From Eledone cirrhosa (Eukaryota), in the NCBI GenBank assembly GCA_964016885.1, contig OZ024743.1:314402001-314466000 (forward strand): a stretch of DNA of 64,000 nucleotides, read 5' to 3'. The position numbers and the translations under genes are program-made. Below, piece by piece: positions 10,203-25,062 of the stretch; position 1 is the first letter of the stretch, and each line of letters starts with the position of its first letter. Under the pieces are notes generated by a model. The model saw only the letters and a program-made list of their open reading frames with translations. It did not search any database and was not told where the DNA came from.

Positions 10203-13200
10203 TGTGATAATTATTTCTGTAATGTCCATATGTGTATGTGCTGAGAGTATCAATGTTATTGCTATTTTTTCCATCACATTGGCAATGTTTTATTTTAGTG
10301 AATGTTTTCAATCAGTCATAGCCATGGATTGTATACCGGTATTGTTATCCGGGATTCGATTTGATGTGGAGTGGTTTCTCTAACGGTTTAATTTTCGGAA
10401 GTGAGTTTGATCTATATTAAGAGGAGCTAATACGAAATTAACTAGCGATTACATTGTAAAGGATTTTAGAAAAATGTATAGTTGTATACAGCTCCAATTA
10501 GTTACATTTTTTGTGTTGCTATACATTGTATTGTGTTATAAGTGAATCCTTTTTATATAATGCTATTTATTTGTGTTTAATGTTAAATATAATCTATTTT
10601 ACATTAAAGGTCTCATTATATTGTTATCTATCCATTACTGAATACATTTACCCTGTAAATACGAAACTGTTGTTCGCAACATTAATATCCATATATCTAT
10701 ATGATGGTTCAGTTGGATAGGAGGTTAATTATAAGTACAAACATAGCTAATGCTCCGATGAATCCAAACGATAGATTGGAAGAAACGATTGTCAGCAATA
10801 ACATGATTTGAACATAGCTTTGATTATCGTGTAATTTATATTCCGGCTCTGTAAAACATCTCATGTATTTACATTGAGCTATTTTTCTTACTGATAATAA
10901 GGTAGTAGTAAATTACTGACCTCTACTGTTTATAGTTGCATATAGTGTATACATAACTATAAATAATATTATTATTAACTGCTCCATACTGTTGAGCTAA
11001 TATACATTAAATTACCAGTATGCTAATCAAAGATTATCTTCCTATGTCTACTAAGAAGAAACCAATATCATCCAGAGATACACACGAAAAATTATTGATT
11101 AATATTGTCAACTCTTTTGTCAATAGAGTGAGATGGAGGACATTCCATTACGATAGAAACAAATCAGACAAAAACAGAGATGCAGACTATTTCGACTCTT
11201 ACGGCATTAAAACTTTTAAAGGCCCTCTGCACAACACCTTACTAAACTCTTTCGAAAATGATCGAATTAAACTAGTTAAGAACATAACATACAAAAAACA
11301 TCATAATAGAAACAACACCTTCTTAAACAACCTTAACTCCACTATTAAAAGATTTAATAAAAATTAAAAACTTATTGTACATGCAGATAAAACTAATAAT
11401 ATATCTAGCCTGGATTACGATACTTATAGAACATTTATATATAAAGAACTACATAGGAGCTATAAGAAAACAACTATTAAAAACTTAGAGGATATAAATA
11501 TTGTAGGCCATAGTATAGTGTGTAAATTAGGACTTCCGAGACATACACAGCCATACACCCCTAACCCCACCCTAGATTATCTCTGAAATACCATAAGGAA
11601 GACTTCAATAGTAACCCTTCTATAAGATTAATTTGCCCTTCCAAATCTGACATTGGAATTATCAGCAAGAAAATATTAGATAGGATCATCCCACAATTTA
11701 AGCATAAAATATATCTTAACCAGGGGGGAAATACTGGTGAAGTTATTGAATGGTTCAATAATATTAAAGAGAATAAAAATAAAAAAAATTATACACATTG
11801 ATATTAATTCATACTACACTTCTATTTCCCTTATCCTATTAAATAAGGCATTAAATATGGCTATGAACAATAGTGACTTTACTAGATCCCAAATTGATGT
11901 CATCCTTGCGGCCCAAAAAACCATAATTACTTTTGAAGATCAATTATGGACCCGCAAGGATACACATAACAACTTTGAGATAACTATGGGGTCTAATGAC
12001 TCGACACAGGTCACCGATTTGGTCGGCCTATATCTCTTAAATGAAATTCATAGGAACCTACCCTGCCTCAATGGTGATTTATACCGCGATAATGCACTAC
12101 TTCTTATAGACTATAAACAATTTAATATAGAAAGAACTAGGAAACAATTACATAACATTTTCAAAAACTTCAACTTGGCTATCACCTTAGATAAAAACAC
12201 AAAAAAACGTTAACTTCCTTGATGTTACCCTTTACCTGGACTCTAAAATAGCATTTCATAAACCAAACAAAAAAACTACTTTATGTAGATATCAACTCTA
12301 ACCACGCTAAATCTATATTAAACTTAATTACTAAAGGAATATCAAATAGAATCTCAAATCTATTATATAACGAAACCATATTTAACAATAATTCCCAATA
12401 CTATAATGAGGCCTTAGCTAAATCAGGACATAAAGATGACATTAAATTTCTACCTGTAAAATCACCTAGTTACAACATTATTTCTCACAATATGGCCATG
12501 AGGAAAAATAATATAAGTACTAGTCACTCTAACTCTAATACAAAGGGTAATATCAAACTTAACTCGCACCAGAATAAACACCACAATAATAGTATATACA
12601 GAAATATAAACATTACCTTCAGTAACATTACAAAAAACAAAAATAGAAGAACTAATACTTTCTTCAATCCCCGCTTCAATCTAAACGTTTCTACCAACTT
12701 ACTGAAGGCTTTTTTCTCAATCCTGGAAAAAAACTTCCCAGCCGGCCACAACTACCATAATCTTATCAATAAAAATACCATTAAAATCTCTTACTCTACC
12801 ACACCTAACATCGCATACCATATAGCTAGTAGTAATAAAAGGAAGATTAATAATTATTTCCAACTAATTAAATCACAACAAGGGGCAAACTTACAAGGCG
12901 TCTTAGTACCAGAGATTTCTAGTAGCAATAATAATAATGATAATAGCACTAATGAAATTAATAACAATAGGAACGACAACCATCATTACCCTAATGCCAT
13001 CCCTAACTACCAGGCATCTACACAACATAGTAACCCCTAAGCAAACAACCAGAATAACTGTAACTGTAGAACAAATAGAACTTGCCCCTTAGGTAAAAAT
13101 TGTTTAATCAAAGATATCATTTACTCATGCACGGTCAACACAAACTGTTCTAAAACATATATAGGTTCAACTTCGAACTGCTTCAAGACGAGATATAACT

Positions 13201-14807
13201 CGCATCTCCAGACGTTCAAAAATCGAATCTAGCCCACTCCATTTCTTTATCCAGCTACATACACTCTCTGATAACTAGGAATAGACCATATACACTTCAT
13301 TGGGAAATAGTAGATTGGGCGGCATCGTATAAACCACCTGATAAATTATGTAACCTCTGTCTTCTAGAGACCCGAACAATAATCTTTTCTAAGCTAGACC
13401 TCCTAAATATAAAATCATAGATTTTTTCACTGTGCCAGCACTACCACCGACATTCTTTCCATAGCTTTAAACCTAACGGCTAATGTATAACAATGTCCGA
13501 TCTGAATTCCTCACCATCATTAACACTTGACCTCTGTGGGGGTACATATAAGTACCCCCACAGCATCACACTATGTGATCAGCTCTTCACTCTACCTAAC
13601 TCCTTTTTAACTCAAACTTTATATTATACAATAACTATTTAATATAACCTCTATATCTTGCTTATATTATATTCAGGAATGAATAAATAATAATATGATG
13701 CGACACGTAATGTAGTATAGGAAAATAAATTATATTTATAAATAAATATATAAATTACTAGTATTATAAATATGAAATTCACTTATAACATAATATAATG
13801 TATATTGATAGCACAAGAGATTTAACTAGTTAGATCTGTAAAGAACTATACATTCTTACCAATTTCCTATACATATACTTTATTCAGTAATGGATAGATA
13901 ACAATATGAGACGTTTAATGTAAACTTAATTATATTTAACATTAAACACAAACAAATAGAATTATATAAAAGGGATTCACTTATAACACAATATAATGTA
14001 TAGCAACAAAAATAATTTAACTAATTGGAGCTGTATACATCTATACATTTTTCTAAATTCATTTACAATGTAATCGCTAGTTACCTCCCCTGTCGTATTA
14101 GCTCCCCTTAATATAGATCAAACTCACTTCCGGAAATTAAACTGTTAGAGAAACCACCCCACATCAAATCGAACCCCGGATAACAATATATTAGGACCGG
14201 TATACAATCCATGGCTATGACTATCAAAAATAGCAATAACATTGATGCTCTCAGCACATACACATATGAACATTACAGAAACAATTATCACACTACAACT
14301 AATAATTTTAATACAAAAACAGCTTTGCCTGCGTGTAAACATATATTGTTTTATGTGATACCTTTGTCTCGCAGAAATTATATATAACTAGTACCATTGC
14401 TTGTTTCCTTCCTGTATATGCCTATTGCATTTGCACTCTCTATACCCTTGCATATGTACTGCTAGTGTCCTCGTTTCACGAATAACCTTCTACCTAAATG
14501 TGTATAATTGTTATACTAATCTCTGTCGCATGCATTCCTATCTGTGCCTTTTTAACATTTAATTTTTAATTTTAATTATTGTACAATTCTCTTGAAATCT
14601 ATGTCGCATCCATTCCACTCTCTAAATACGAAACTGTTGCTGGCAACATTAATATCCATGTATCCATATGATTGTTCAGTTGGATAGGAGGTTAATTATA
14701 TGTACAAACATTGCTAATGCTAGATTAGCCCAAACGATAGTTTGGAAGAAATGATTGTCAGCAATAAAATGATTTGAACATAGCTTTGATTATTGTGTAA
14801 TTTATAT
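10203..14807 (+). mobile_element. Near full-length but decayed Naiad-type PLE with direct pseudo-LTRs and a 5' inverted segment
   Basis: Frameshifted coding region 11020-13483 (RVRWRTF, HADKT, RLICPSKSDIG, FEITMGSNDS, LYRDN, FFNPRF, CNC..CPL, YIGSTS, CNLC). Direct repeats 10656-10841 / 14623-14807. 10203-10643 is an inverted copy of ~13881-14292. Confidence 0.92.
10751..10797 (+). ncRNA. Hammerhead variant in the 5' pseudo-LTR (CCGATGA core)
   Basis: tgct-CCGATGA-a-tccaa...ttgga-a-GAAA-CGATTG-TC-agca. A more decayed twin lies at ~14719-14763. Confidence 0.7.
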
Positions 14808-14829
14808 ATATTGTTATACTTGGGGAGGG

Positions 14830-14884
<55 letters not shown>

Positions 14885-15709
14885 GCAAACTTAAAATTTA
14901 CCGTATTTCACTGGAAGTCTTTGGCACTGTTTAATTCATTGACATCATATATAACTTTAAAAAAGTATCCTTGATTAGTAAATATCGAAACGAAACCAAC
15001 TCATTTTTAGTTTAATCATACATTAAGATAAACACAGTTTTCTGTAACATAATTTATCTAACATAATACGTGTTATTCATTTGAAACGCATTTACGAATA
15101 TTCTAAAATCAAATATATGTTTCCTATTAATAACGAAACAGTTGGAATAGTTTGAACTATAAAAATACTAATGGCAATATTATTTTTAGTTACATGAGTA
15201 TTACTACGCTATACAAAGAGACGCCTATATATAATCAGATTATCCTCTCATTTGCTACCATTTTTAAGCTAGAAATATCTATCATTAAATGAAGCAATCA
15301 ACTATTTCATACGTATGATTATAACTTGCGCAGAGATATATGGTGTCTGCTGAACATTATATGAGAATGATTACATCTTTAAGAAGATGTATCTCCTCAC
15401 CTTCAGTGTAATCTTGAGAAGGAATAGATTGTATCTTCGGACAATCCTTTGAAATAAAAACTGTAACACATCGTTGGTGGTTCAGCAATGCTGGCCAAAT
15501 TTCTGCTCGTCATTTTCACCTGATTTCCAGCTTGGTCCCTCTCTCAATTTCCTATCATATACTGTCTTCTATTTTTCTTGTATTCTAATGGATGGGAGCT
15601 TCCTGAATTCTATACTGTCATGATACGTGACATCGCTGTGTGAGAAATAAACAGATTATGTACAATAAAAAAAATGGAATTTCCGCCAACAAAACCTCAA
15701 CCAGTTTCA

Positions 15710-15779
<70 letters not shown>

Positions 15780-16139
15780 CATATGCAAGGGCTGATTTGC
15801 AATATAAATTCGAAAAATCATTGGCCTTTTATTTTTACGAGTTAATGATACATGGTAGTCAGTTTGATAGAGTCATTACACAGTTGGATATTTGTTCCAT
15901 CTCAGTCTATTCTGAAGTCAAATTCCGGCATGGACCCTTCTATCTATCACCATTTTGAGATCCATAAAAAAGGTATGAGCCGAGAACTGGCGTAAGTTGG
16001 ATATTCCGATAGATCAAATAAATTTCGAAATGTAGTCAGTGCTTGCTTGCAACTGCACGAGTACCTAAATCTCTTAAAGAAAGCATGACACATACTATAA
16101 AATCATAGTCTATTATGTGTAACGTTTGTGGAAACGGTT

Positions 16140-16395
16140 ATTGTAGTGGTAAGAGTGTAGGGCTTGCGATCATAATGTCATGGGTTCGATTCCTGGATTG
16201 GACTGTGTGTTGTGTACTCGAGAAACAATACTTCATTTCATGATGTTCCAGTTTATTCAGTTGAAAACGAGTACCATCAGTAGCTAGGGGGTTAATCCTG
16301 CGATGGACTGGAGTCCTGTCCAGGGGGAATCTTGTACTCTGAATCTCATACCGTCATGGAAACCGGGATAAACGCCGGCCTGTTGAGCCTCCGGA
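16140..16395 (+). mobile_element. tRNA-derived SINE, near full length
   Basis: A-box-like tagtggtaagag, B-box gggttcgattcctgg, and body aatcctgcgatggactggagtcctgtccaggggg...gaaaccgggataaac. Confidence 0.72.
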
Positions 16396-18334
16396 TTCGA
16401 GACAGACTTTAGAGGTGGGACGATTCTTGTAATGTTTCCTTTTTGGATATGATTATTTGAAATATGTTTGTTTGTTATGCCTAGTAAGTTTAGCTTCCGT
16501 GTAGTGATCGATCCGTTGATCTGAGTATCCATCCTTTGGTAGTGTGATTCATTAGGTTTAATGTATGATCTGACATGTTGTTTAAAGATGCAAATATATT
16601 GAAATGTATCATCATTTTCATACCACAAACACGCCCCGAAAGATAACGAATTCTTGTTCTAGTCCTTGAATAGAACCATTGATTAATGAGTTATGAATGA
16701 TTAATTAACCATATTAAGTTTGGTGTCAGACTTATATCCGTCAGATAAACTCCATTACAAGTAAAAGAAGTAAAGTCGACCACAGCAGGATTTGAACACA
16801 GAACGTAAAGATGTGCAACAAAACTTAAAAAATAAATTATTTCCAAGGTTTCACCAATTCCGCCATACATCTCGTATTAGAAAGGAGAATGTATATAAAG
16901 TATAGGTGTTTTAGGGATAAAATCGTTTCCATTTCGGTTGTATATCGAAAATAGACCTTGAAATCAACAGGAATCTGTTATTATTTTTATTTTTATTTCA
17001 ATTCTGAACCAGGTAATATATACCAAAATAATATAGTTCGTGTTGTGTGTGTCCTTGTGCGTTCCTTTTTATTATTATTTTATTCTGGATTATAAATGCT
17101 CAATTCAATCGGATATTAAAGCAGGAAATACTCGGCTTATATATAAATACTATTTATCACGTATTGCGTTAATTATTGATCAACCTAATAGCTTGGATTC
17201 AATGAATGTAGAAGGATTTCCTTTTTTAATGGCGTTACATTTCAGAAACATTAATTGCAAATCGTTCATATACGAATTGGACAACCAGGCATACGCCACC
17301 AACACTGATATTGAGTATCAAATGATAAGTAGGTTATTTTACATTGTTTTGTTTCATTGCATTATCATATCTATGCTACACCCTACGTATTTACTATCGA
17401 TATATCATATAATATAATACAATGAAATACAATATTGCTTGGCAAATGTTTACTGGGAGGAAGGCGGAGATTTTAATGAGAACTACATGAGGATATTCTA
17501 TTGGTTCAAATGTGACTTGATGTATTCAAGTGATGATTTGTCATGAATAATCAAGTTGGTCACCTCAGCTTGTTATTCAAATATTAACAGTGTTCCGCTT
17601 GTCAAAGAATGCCATGTCAATGGACTTCTTCTTATTAATATGAACAGGAATAATGAATGTGATATCTATATTGATGACGAATACGTGGCAAAGTGGCAAC
17701 ACAAAATGATTGGATGGGATGAGTCTCTCTGGGCAATTTTATCCGATGATGGATTTCATATATTGCACATTGATATAGTAGGGATATATACATTAGAATT
17801 AATAGCTATATTGATATTGGCCTGCTGACAGAAACAATTTTAATATTGACGGAGAATGAATATAGAGTAATATAGAAAATCTTTCGCTGTTGCTGGATTG
17901 CAGCGTGGCATAGTATAGAAAGGAATTGAATGGACATACGTCAGTTTCGATTATGTTTCGATTATGTTCGATAAAATATAACCTGCTTGTAGTATGAATA
18001 TACAAATGACTGAATATTCGATAGAAACGTGTACTTTTTATATATTTCTCAGAGAAATTCAGAGTGACGCATGTGCTACAATGCTAGTCATATCAATAAC
18101 AGACATGGTACATCTTGTATTATAATGTAAGTGACTGACAATTCCACAGACGCATGTGACATTGCAGTTTGACATCATATGTGAGAAAGCTTAAAGCGAC
18201 CTCATGCTACGTTAAATAGCACTTTCACGAGATGTCATGTCCTGGGAATGAACCCATGTCCTAATGATTAAGAAGCAAAATGCTTAATCATTAAGCCAGA
18301 ATGCGTCATTTGAGTGATTTATTAAGGCGATATA

Positions 18335-18655
18335 TATTAGAATTTATAGCTATATTGGTATTAACATAATTACAAGACCATGTTAATATTAACATACATG
18401 AAATCACGGATTGTAATAAAGAGTATATTTTCATATGATGGATTAAACGGGGATATATTAAGGCTATAAACATTAGAATGCTTATAGCTATATTGATATG
18501 CATGTGATCACAACACAATGGTAACGTTCACAAAAATGTAGTATATTATATATTTATCGCCTATGATGGATACCAAAGTTGATATTTTAGGGCTATTTAC
18601 ATTAGCCTTTATGGCTATATTGATATCGAACTGGTCACAAAAACAATGTTATTAT
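18335..18655 (+). repeat. Old ~130-140-bp tandem repeat, about three copies
   Basis: Recurring ttat(a/g)gctatattg(g/a)tat...cacaa..caatg motif near 18345, 18482 and 18609. Confidence 0.55.
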
Positions 18656-18866
18656 GTACTGAACTCTCATTAAGCTGATTTTGATGACATTTCTGTGTTT
18701 ACAAGTTTTCAGTAATGTTAACAAAATAAAATATATACCTATAAATCCCATCAAACATGCTCATCTGTAGATTAATTACATGAAACCCAATTGATCATTC
18801 TCGATCGTTAGGAACAAGGAACGGTAAAGTTTTGTAACCATTGGCACACATACGCATACAAATATA

Positions 18867-18908
<42 letters not shown>

Positions 18909-18930
18909 GGTATAGGAGGAAACATAATAG

Positions 18931-18972
18931 TACCACTGATGATGTTGCAGGTGTGCAACGAAAGAACTTATA
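18931..18972 (+). ncRNA. Hammerhead core with damaged stem I
   Basis: CTGATGA(18936)-t-gttgca-ggtg-tgcaac-GAAA-gaac-TT. The 3' strand of stem I is replaced by (TA)n. Confidence 0.55.
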
Positions 18973-19659
18973 TATATGTATTTATATCTGGAGTTCTTGG
19001 AAAAATTAATTTCCATTTCTTTCGCTAGACGATACCACTCGGAACGGCTGACACGTGGTTAGGAAGGGCTGGCCGGGATCTGCAGTCGTCGCTGGTTATT
19101 GACTGCTAAACAAGGGCTTAATCTTTACTCTATATCCTACCCTGAAAACTTATCGAGACTATCTATAATACACTTAAACTTTTTCATAAAAGACTCTTTG
19201 CGTAAATTGTTTAACTAAATCTCAACCCAAATCTTAAACCATATTTTTCTTATATTTCTTATTTTTCTAATTTCACCCTATAACTCTAAACATAGGTTTA
19301 ACGTTCCTAATTGCTAACCGAAATTTCTGTCCACACATTATACCATACAGATGCCCACTATATATACCTTTGTTAAAGATATATATATTCTTTGGAAAAA
19401 AACAATTTTCGCGGCAATTTCTAGCACGCATAGTCAGCCTGATTGTGGCTTGACCTCAACGCTGTCATTTCTCTTTGATGGTGAGGAAGTAGCACATTAT
19501 AAGCTTACGCCCCCTCACCAGATGGTCATAAGTAGACCTAATAATCAACACTCGAGGGCGACCGGCTGAGGTAGAAGCTGCTAAATAGTCAGTCGTCCTC
19601 TTTTCTCTGATTTTCAGCCCCATGGATTTTATCTGTTATATTCCTTTGTTGTATTTCGA

Positions 19660-19717
19660 ATACCTGATGATGTCACCGGATTCATACTGAACCCGGTCAT
19701 TGGAATGATCATAGTAT
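19660..19717 (+). ncRNA. Hammerhead variant (GGAA in place of GAAA) in a solo pseudo-LTR (~18975-19900)
   Basis: atac-CTGATGA-tgtc-accgg...ccggt-catt-GGAA-TGATCA-TA-gtat, then AATAAA at 19718. Confidence 0.65.
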
Positions 19718-19901
19718 AATAAACCTTTCAAGGATTTACACCAGTCTAGCCTCCTGTTATTTTATAATAATTAACTCCGTACTTGCACCACCAACTACAC
19801 AAACGAAGACGGGTGAGTTGCATTACGTTGAGTTATATTATATCAAGATTCACCATACGGAATGAGCAGTTCTACCCAGTGGTGAACCAACAAACCTAAA
19901 T

Positions 19902-19940
<39 letters not shown>

Positions 19941-22425
19941 ACAAAATTTGTTTTCCCTCTAAATTAGCGGTACGAAAATGCATTCATAAGTGAATAATAA
20001 TAATAATAATATTATAATATTATATTAATATTCGATTCGTTTGCAAACTAAAAATCACATAATGCCATGCGCTTTAGACGACTAGCATTATCCTTTTTTT
20101 TCCAGCGGTAGCAGAGGGAACAATAATCTACAATTGTTTCGGGGTTATTGTTCCTTTCAAAATTGGGTATCTCTCTTTTTTTCTGCTACACACTGGAACT
20201 CTTGAGAATATATAGTATTCTCTAAAGTATACAACGACCGATTACCCGTGGGTGACTGGGATGGATGGATGACTGCCTCTCCACCTAAAATCTCACTACT
20301 TTCACCACGCTGCAGAATTTTACAGATATAAAACCATGGTCTGACATAACCGGAGGAGTGGAAGTAAATCCACCGCGTAAATCATTTAGTGTTATTTCAA
20401 TGTCTATAATGTTGATTCTAAAACAGAGGGAATCTCTGTGCATAGCTGCTGTACTCCTTTTTATATTTAAGAAAGCATTTATATTTTTTAGATTATGTGA
20501 TTGTGGTTTCGAGATTTGAATCTATTTAATCATAATTCAATCATAATTCAGGAATAAAGAATACTTCATGTTGATGTATGGCGCGGGTGATATGTTTTAT
20601 GAGTCCACCCAACCCGTAGGGTTTGTTTGTATATTTTCGTGTTTGAGAAAGCACTTCATCGGTTAATTAAAAAAATAATCTATAATATTTGAATCGCTGG
20701 AGCATTATTCTTTTTTCACAAGTTTAGTTGATTCACTACATTAAAAACGTTAACATTATAAAAGCATGGAGAGAGATCACTGGTGTACTAAGATCGATAT
20801 TGATTGGTAATGCATTTTTCTTTTCAATTTTCCTATCGTCTGGCGATTTCACAGTGTGTATGATAATAGTTAAAATGTCATGCATTTAAAAAATATCCAA
20901 TACTGCCTGTCCAGGGAGATATTTATTTAGTTCAATCATATCAATTACTCAACGGTAAAGTGGATTCTAGAAATAAAACAAAACTTTGTTCCATTATTTA
21001 TTCAATTAATCACAAATTGTCTTACACTCCAGGGAAAATGTTTCAAAATTTACCCCCAGAATCCTGTAATTATTTATACCTAGAACAATATATAACAACG
21101 AATGGATGATATAATTATTTTCATTCACGAAATTATATATCAGTTTTGGCAGAGTCATTAGAGCATTAGAGCGTCAGTATCTGTTCCGACTCAGTGCAGT
21201 CTCATTTTAAATCCCACCGAGATCAGCTTTGACTTTCACCCTGTATTGATCGATAAATTTACCACCAGTCTTTGAGCGGAAGTTTGAAAATATTGTTAAA
21301 TGGTAGGACCAAATTGGCTTTGCGGTGTCTGATCTGATTCTGAGCGTTATGAGTTCAAATTCCGCATCCTTATGTAAGGGTATTACTTGTATTTTCAATC
21401 ACTCCACGCCCATAAAAGATTATTGGATTCAAGCTTCATCCAGGCCGAGCAAATATGTGCATAAAATTATAACTCTGACACGAATCTATAAAAAGCCATA
21501 TCTACTCATATTTCCTATTCACTGCAATTACTTATTAGCTTTAATACCATCCCGTCTAAAACATCTATTGTCCTGTGCAAGAGCACAGCATACGTTAAAG
21601 CATTCCTATTCTGACTTATACCTTCCAAAATGATATAAGTAAGAATCTTTTGTTATGTTACATATATCATCATAATAATGAAATAAATCCTTCAAAATTC
21701 TTTATTAATTCATTCAAATAAATTGTCTATTATTAGGGATATGATCTCGAAATGGTTTAGAAATGGAAGGCAGAAGTCGAGAATATATCTGAGACTACAG
21801 TCTTCCCACATCCATAACAAAATAATTCATTAAGAAATCATGTTCGGAGCATTTGCTTTCATCTTACATAAAGTAGTATGAATGCGATGACATCCATACT
21901 GAGATCAAGTAAAATTGATTTTAAGTAAAAGCAGTCTGATCGATACAGCCACCTTCAATTAACGCTAGTCTCAATACAATATTTTCCTTTTGTCGTATGA
22001 ACTGATCTTTATAGAAAGGAATAAATCTCCAGGGCTGAAAGTGGTATCTTGACGCAATATGGTCAATAATGAAGTATACATCCTTTTAGATTTTGTTATT
22101 TCAAGTCATCTAGGTACGGAGTACATACAGTGGTCTATGGGAAAGATGTTTATCAAACCTAGGTTTCATATCTTTAATCCAATAAAACGTATGGCATTCA
22201 TACTTGAAAAATGTCAATTCTTAAACACTTGAGGACAAAAAACATGATATGATTGAAAATATATCTGGAAAGAATAAAAAAAAATGATATCTCCTTTGGG
22301 TCCCCAGATTCATTTTATTTACTCAATTTACACACACACACAGACACACAAACACCCACCTACCCCCACACACACATACACACACACACGCGCACACACA
22401 CTCACACACACACACACACACACAG

Positions 22426-22467
<42 letters not shown>

Positions 22468-22747
22468 ACAGACACAGAAAGAATATTATTAGTAATAAGT
22501 ATGAGCCTTAAATTTCACTTTAGTTTTTTTTCGTGTAAATAGAGCAGCTTCATTTTAGCGTAATGATTTTTTTTTTCAAATACGTATGTCTATACAAGTA
22601 TGTCATATGTGAAAACCAATAAGTTGTACATATCTAGTGCAAACATTCAAGAAGAGTCGGTATTCTTTCTAAACATATGAATAGTTTTGAATGCTTGAAT
22701 AAATTTCACGAGCTGAATTAGCATGGGGTTTAGATGTTAAGGAAAAG

Positions 22748-22895
22748 TTATAAATCATCTGTATATGGATGATATAAACTATTTATAATGGACAATGACG
22801 GATTGGAGGACTTAATAACAGACGTAAATTAATTCAGTCATACGAAGTGCGGTATATTTGTCAAAGCTACTCTACGAAGAGGAAAATTAATTATG
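22748..22895 (+). mobile_element. Old RT remnant of an RLE-type LINE (R4/Dong/NeSL-like)
   Basis: Translates as INHL-YMDDIKLF, followed by a decayed K..LRRGKL segment. Confidence 0.55.
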
Positions 22896-22970
22896 CCAGA
22901 CAACAACAAATTTAATTCAGACGCTGAAATCAGATTTATCTAGGGAAGACATCCATTAATGGATTGAGAT

Positions 22971-25062
22971 ACAGATGATAAAGGTGAGCTTGCCCTCACA
23001 AGTGCTGAGAAGAAAGATGCATGGAAGAGTCATTATGATAGATTACTAAATGAAGAGAATGCATGGGAAGAAGAGACCCTACCCCACGTAGACCCTATAG
23101 AGGGACCAGCAGTACAAGTCAGCGGCAGCGTAGTAAGTAAGGCAATCAGAGATATGAAGATAGGGAAGGCAACCGGTCCATCGGGTATAGCTGCCGAGAT
23201 GCTGAAGGCATCTGGGTCTGTAGGTCACACTATAACCACACGTATCGTTAACCAGGTAATACTAGAGGGGGCCATACCAAAAGATTGGTGCAGTAGCATC
23301 ATTGTCAACTGCTACAAAGGTAAAGGCGATGCACTAGATAGAGGAAACTATAGAGGTATAATGTTGATGGACCAGGTCATGAAAGTAACAGAAAGAGTTA
23401 TAGCACAGCTGATTAGGGACCGGGTGAATATAGACGAGATGCAATTTGGGTTTGTACCAGGGAAAGGCACCACTGATGCCCTCTTCCTTGTGAGGCAATT
23501 ACAGGAAAAGTACCTAGCTAAAAGTAAGCCACTCTACTTGGCATTTGTCGACCTTGAGAAAGCCTTTGACAGAGTTCCACGTGCAGTAATCTGGTGGGCT
23601 CTTAGAAAACTAGGAGTAGATGAATGGCTTGTGAAAGCGGTACAAGCCATGTATAGGGGAGCAGTCAGCAAAGTTAGGATTAGCAATGAGTATAGCGAGG
23701 AATTTAGCGTACAGGTTGGGGTCCACCGGGGCTCTGTTCTTAGCCCTCTTTTGTTCATCATAGTCCTGCAGGCAATAACGGAGGAGTTTAAGACCGGATG
23801 CCCATGGGAACTCCTGTATGCTGATGACCTCGCACTCATAGCTGAATCTATGGTAGAACTAGAGAATAAATTCCAAACCTGGAAGCAGGGACTAGAGAGA
23901 AAGGGCCTCAAAGTCCACATGACAAAGACTAAGGTCCTTATAAGTAGACGAGAAAACAGAACCCAGATCCCCTCAGGGAAATGGCCTTGCTCAGTATGTA
24001 GGAAAGGTGTAGGTAGGAACTCCATTCTCTGCCCCAAATGCAAACAATGGGTACACAAGAGATGTAGCGGGATCTCAGGAAGCTTAATTAAGAATGTAGG
24101 ATTCACATGCAGCAGCTGTGCTGAAACAGCAAGCAAACAGCCACAGGAAACAAGTACCACCAATCTCTGGGAGGGCCCTGTAGAAACAGTAGACAGCTTC
24201 TGCTACCTAGGTGACCGAATTAGCAACGGAGGTGGGTGCTCAGAAAGTACAATAACTAGGGTAAGAACGGGATGGAAGAAGTTTAGGGAACTACTACCAC
24301 TTCTAGCTGCAAAAGGCTTCTCCCTCAGAATGAAAGGCAGACTGTATGATGCGTGTATCCGAACAGCGATGTTGCATGGTAGTGAGACCTGGGCGCTGAA
24401 GGTGGAAGACTTACGTAGATTAGAGAGAAACGAAGCCTGCATGCTCCGATGGATGTGTAACAGTAATATACGTGAACGACAAAGCATAAAGGAATTGAGA
24501 GAGAGACTGAGCATAAGAGGAATCAAATGCTGCGTGCAGGAGAGGCGGTTACGCTGGTATGGACATGTGATGCGTATGAAGGATGACAGCTGCATAAAAA
24601 GGTGCAGAGCACTAGAAGTTGATGGAAACCGCGGAGTGGGGAGACCCAAGATGACTTGGGATGAGGTGATAAAAGCCGACCTTACCCAACTACACCTCTC
24701 AAAGTCAATGACACACGACCGTGACTTCTGGCGTCACGCAGTAATACAGGGTACCCGACCTCCCATGGGTACATGCTGAAGCATATAAACAATATGCCCC
24801 CACTCCCCCCACCGCAAGGTGGTCGTGGAGGTGCCACGGCAAAAAAGCACCCAGCCCACACTGTAAAGTGGACGTGTAGGCGCCACGAAAAAGCACCCAG
24901 CACTCACTGTAAATGAGGTTGGTGTTAGGAAGGGCATCCAGCTGTAGAAATCAAGCCAGATCAGTTCCTGTATGAGCAAGGCATAGTCAGCCGACCAGAC
25001 ACTGCCCACAACAGGACAACCCGTCTAACCCATGCTAGCGTGGAAGAACGGACGTAAAACGG

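Noticed and set aside
16140-16200. Genuine tRNA genes at B-box-containing sites
   Set aside because: No complete cloverleaf; the heads run into SINE bodies.
17440-17828. 90-aa ORF in unique-looking sequence as a possible host exon
   Set aside because: No recognisable domain or convincing splice boundaries. BLASTX or RNA-seq would be needed.
23534-24649. 209-aa and 148-aa minus-strand ORFs
   Set aside because: Antisense shadows of the RTE ORF.
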